Assembly: GCA_001949185.1 (NCBI GenBank)
Contig: BDGG01000002.1
Location: 6,996,448-7,060,447 of the forward strand
From: Ramazzottius varieornatus
Lineage: Eukaryota > Animalia > Tardigrada
DNA length: 64,000 bases
Direction: 5' to 3'
The notes under the pieces: generated by a model
The model's database searches: none
What the model was told of the DNA's origin: nothing
The model's input: only the letters and a program-made list of their open reading frames with translations
Position numbers and translations under genes: made by a program
Shown: piece after piece, positions 62,701 through 64,000 of the stretch
Position numbering within the stretch: position 1 is the first letter of the stretch
How the letters are laid out: every line of letters begins with the position of its first letter

Positions 62701-64000
62701 GGAGATGCAACCAACTTACCGCATTCATCTTCGTGATTGCACTTGAACCTCTCGCTAATACAACGCCCGTTAGCGCACTGGAACTCATTAGACTGACAAG
62801 GCGTCGGAGCTGGGCAGCCTTCTTGTCGTTCATCTTCGCCGCCTGCGCAGTCAGGTTCGCCGTCACAAACCCACTGTCTGTAGATACAAGGGTTGCGACC
62901 AGCGGCTCTGTTGGACGGACACTCGAATTCGTTTGGTGAGCAAGTGTGGTTTCGGCACTGTGTTAGCGACTCGTCCGAGCCATCCGGACAGTCAGCGTCA
63001 CCGTCACATACAAAGATTTGCGGGATGCAGTTTCCGTTCGTGCAAGTGAACAAGTTCCCGTAACACGTCCTTGCTGTCGAGTTACAGTATCCCACTGGTT
63101 CATCGGCTCCGTCACCACAATCGTTATCTAACAGATAAATGAACATGTGTCTTCTATTCAAATAAAATCAGCTAAGAAAAAACCCGAACTCACCGCCATC
63201 GCAGTACCACGTTCCAGGTATGCAGCGCATATTAGGGCATCGGAAGGAGTTGGTGGGGCAAGTAGTCTTTGCACAGAACATTGGGTTCTCGTCACTGTTG
63301 TCACCGCAATCGTTATCTAAGATAAGAAATAGCTGGTAGATGATTGAATGTGAAATGATTCTGATCGTAAAAACTTACCGCCATCACAAAGCCAGTACGG
63401 ATCGATGCAGATATTGGTCGTGTTGCACTTCAGGGTATTTCGCTGGCAGGTGCGGTTGACCGTTGGACAGTTGAGGATGTTCTCATCAGACGTAGAGTTA
63501 TCCTTGCAGTCGTTGATGCCATCGCAGACTTGGTCTTGACTGATGCAGCGGGAATTCTCGCAGGTGAACTCGTTGTCGGCACACTTCTTGTAGACGCAGT
63601 TATCTTCATCCGACATGTCGCCACAGTCATCTACCAAGTAACGAAAATGTCCCTTATGTTACCATTTAGTCAGTGTTTTAACGAAGTACCTTCATGGTCA
63701 CATCTCCAGCTGGCCGAAATGCACTTGCGGTTGGCGCACTGGAATTCGTTGCTTCCGCAGGATCGGACTGCGCAGTACGCCTTGTCTTCGTCACTGTTGT
63801 CTCCGCAATCGTCATCACCTACGAAGCAGGACCAACATTGTACTGACGAAGGTCCTCAGGGTTATCGACGAACAAGGCTCACCGTCACATGCCCATTGCC
63901 TCTGGATGCATTTTCCGTTGTGACAGAAGTAGTTCGAGGGATCGCAAGTTTGGTTTATGGGAGCGCAGTAGGTTCCTGCGTTGACTAGTTCGAAGCCTTC
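56755..64000 (-). CDS. LRP2: LRP2/megalin, C-terminal part (continues beyond the window end)
   Basis: Clusters of LDLa repeats, EGF modules and two YWTD propellers; TM at ~57360-57420; cytoplasmic '[11 protein letters not shown]', 'FTNPMY' (NPxY) and megalin-like terminus '[10 protein letters not shown]'. Confidence 0.9.

Noticed and set aside
57600-64000. Long plus-strand and alternative-frame ORFs (e.g. 57834-58511, 59093-59740)
   Set aside because: They are shadows of LRP2 exons with no independent motifs.

Overview
This is compact invertebrate animal genomic DNA with short GT-AG introns, mostly about 55-90 nt. The gene density and composition suggest a tardigrade-like ecdysozoan, but that is inference only. 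Gene order after manual splicing: synaptotagmin-like Rab effector (+), Ly6/quiver-type GPI protein (+), RMDN/PTPIP51-like (-), short dystrophin-family WW-EF-ZZ gene (+), secreted hemopexin-only protein (-), VGAT (+), SSADH/ALDH5A1 (-), coiled-like Ly6 (+), a microbial-type long-chain mannitol 2-dehydrogenase with a spliceosomal intron (+), a MAM-domain membrane protein (-), collagen IV alpha-2-type chain (-), and the 3' part of LRP2/megalin (-). Highlights: (1) a probable domesticated horizontally acquired polyol dehydrogenase between metazoan genes; (2) a Dp71-like alternative first exon that splits the WW domain of the mini-dystrophin; (3) a tail-to-tail GABA gene pair, VGAT and SSADH; (4) about 11 copies of a ~125-bp palindromic element with core CAAGTGGCGCAC, found in many of the oversized introns; (5) an MMP-like protein with a furin site and hemopexin propeller but no catalytic domain. 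Exon boundaries were read by eye and family calls rest on recalled motifs; no database searches were run.
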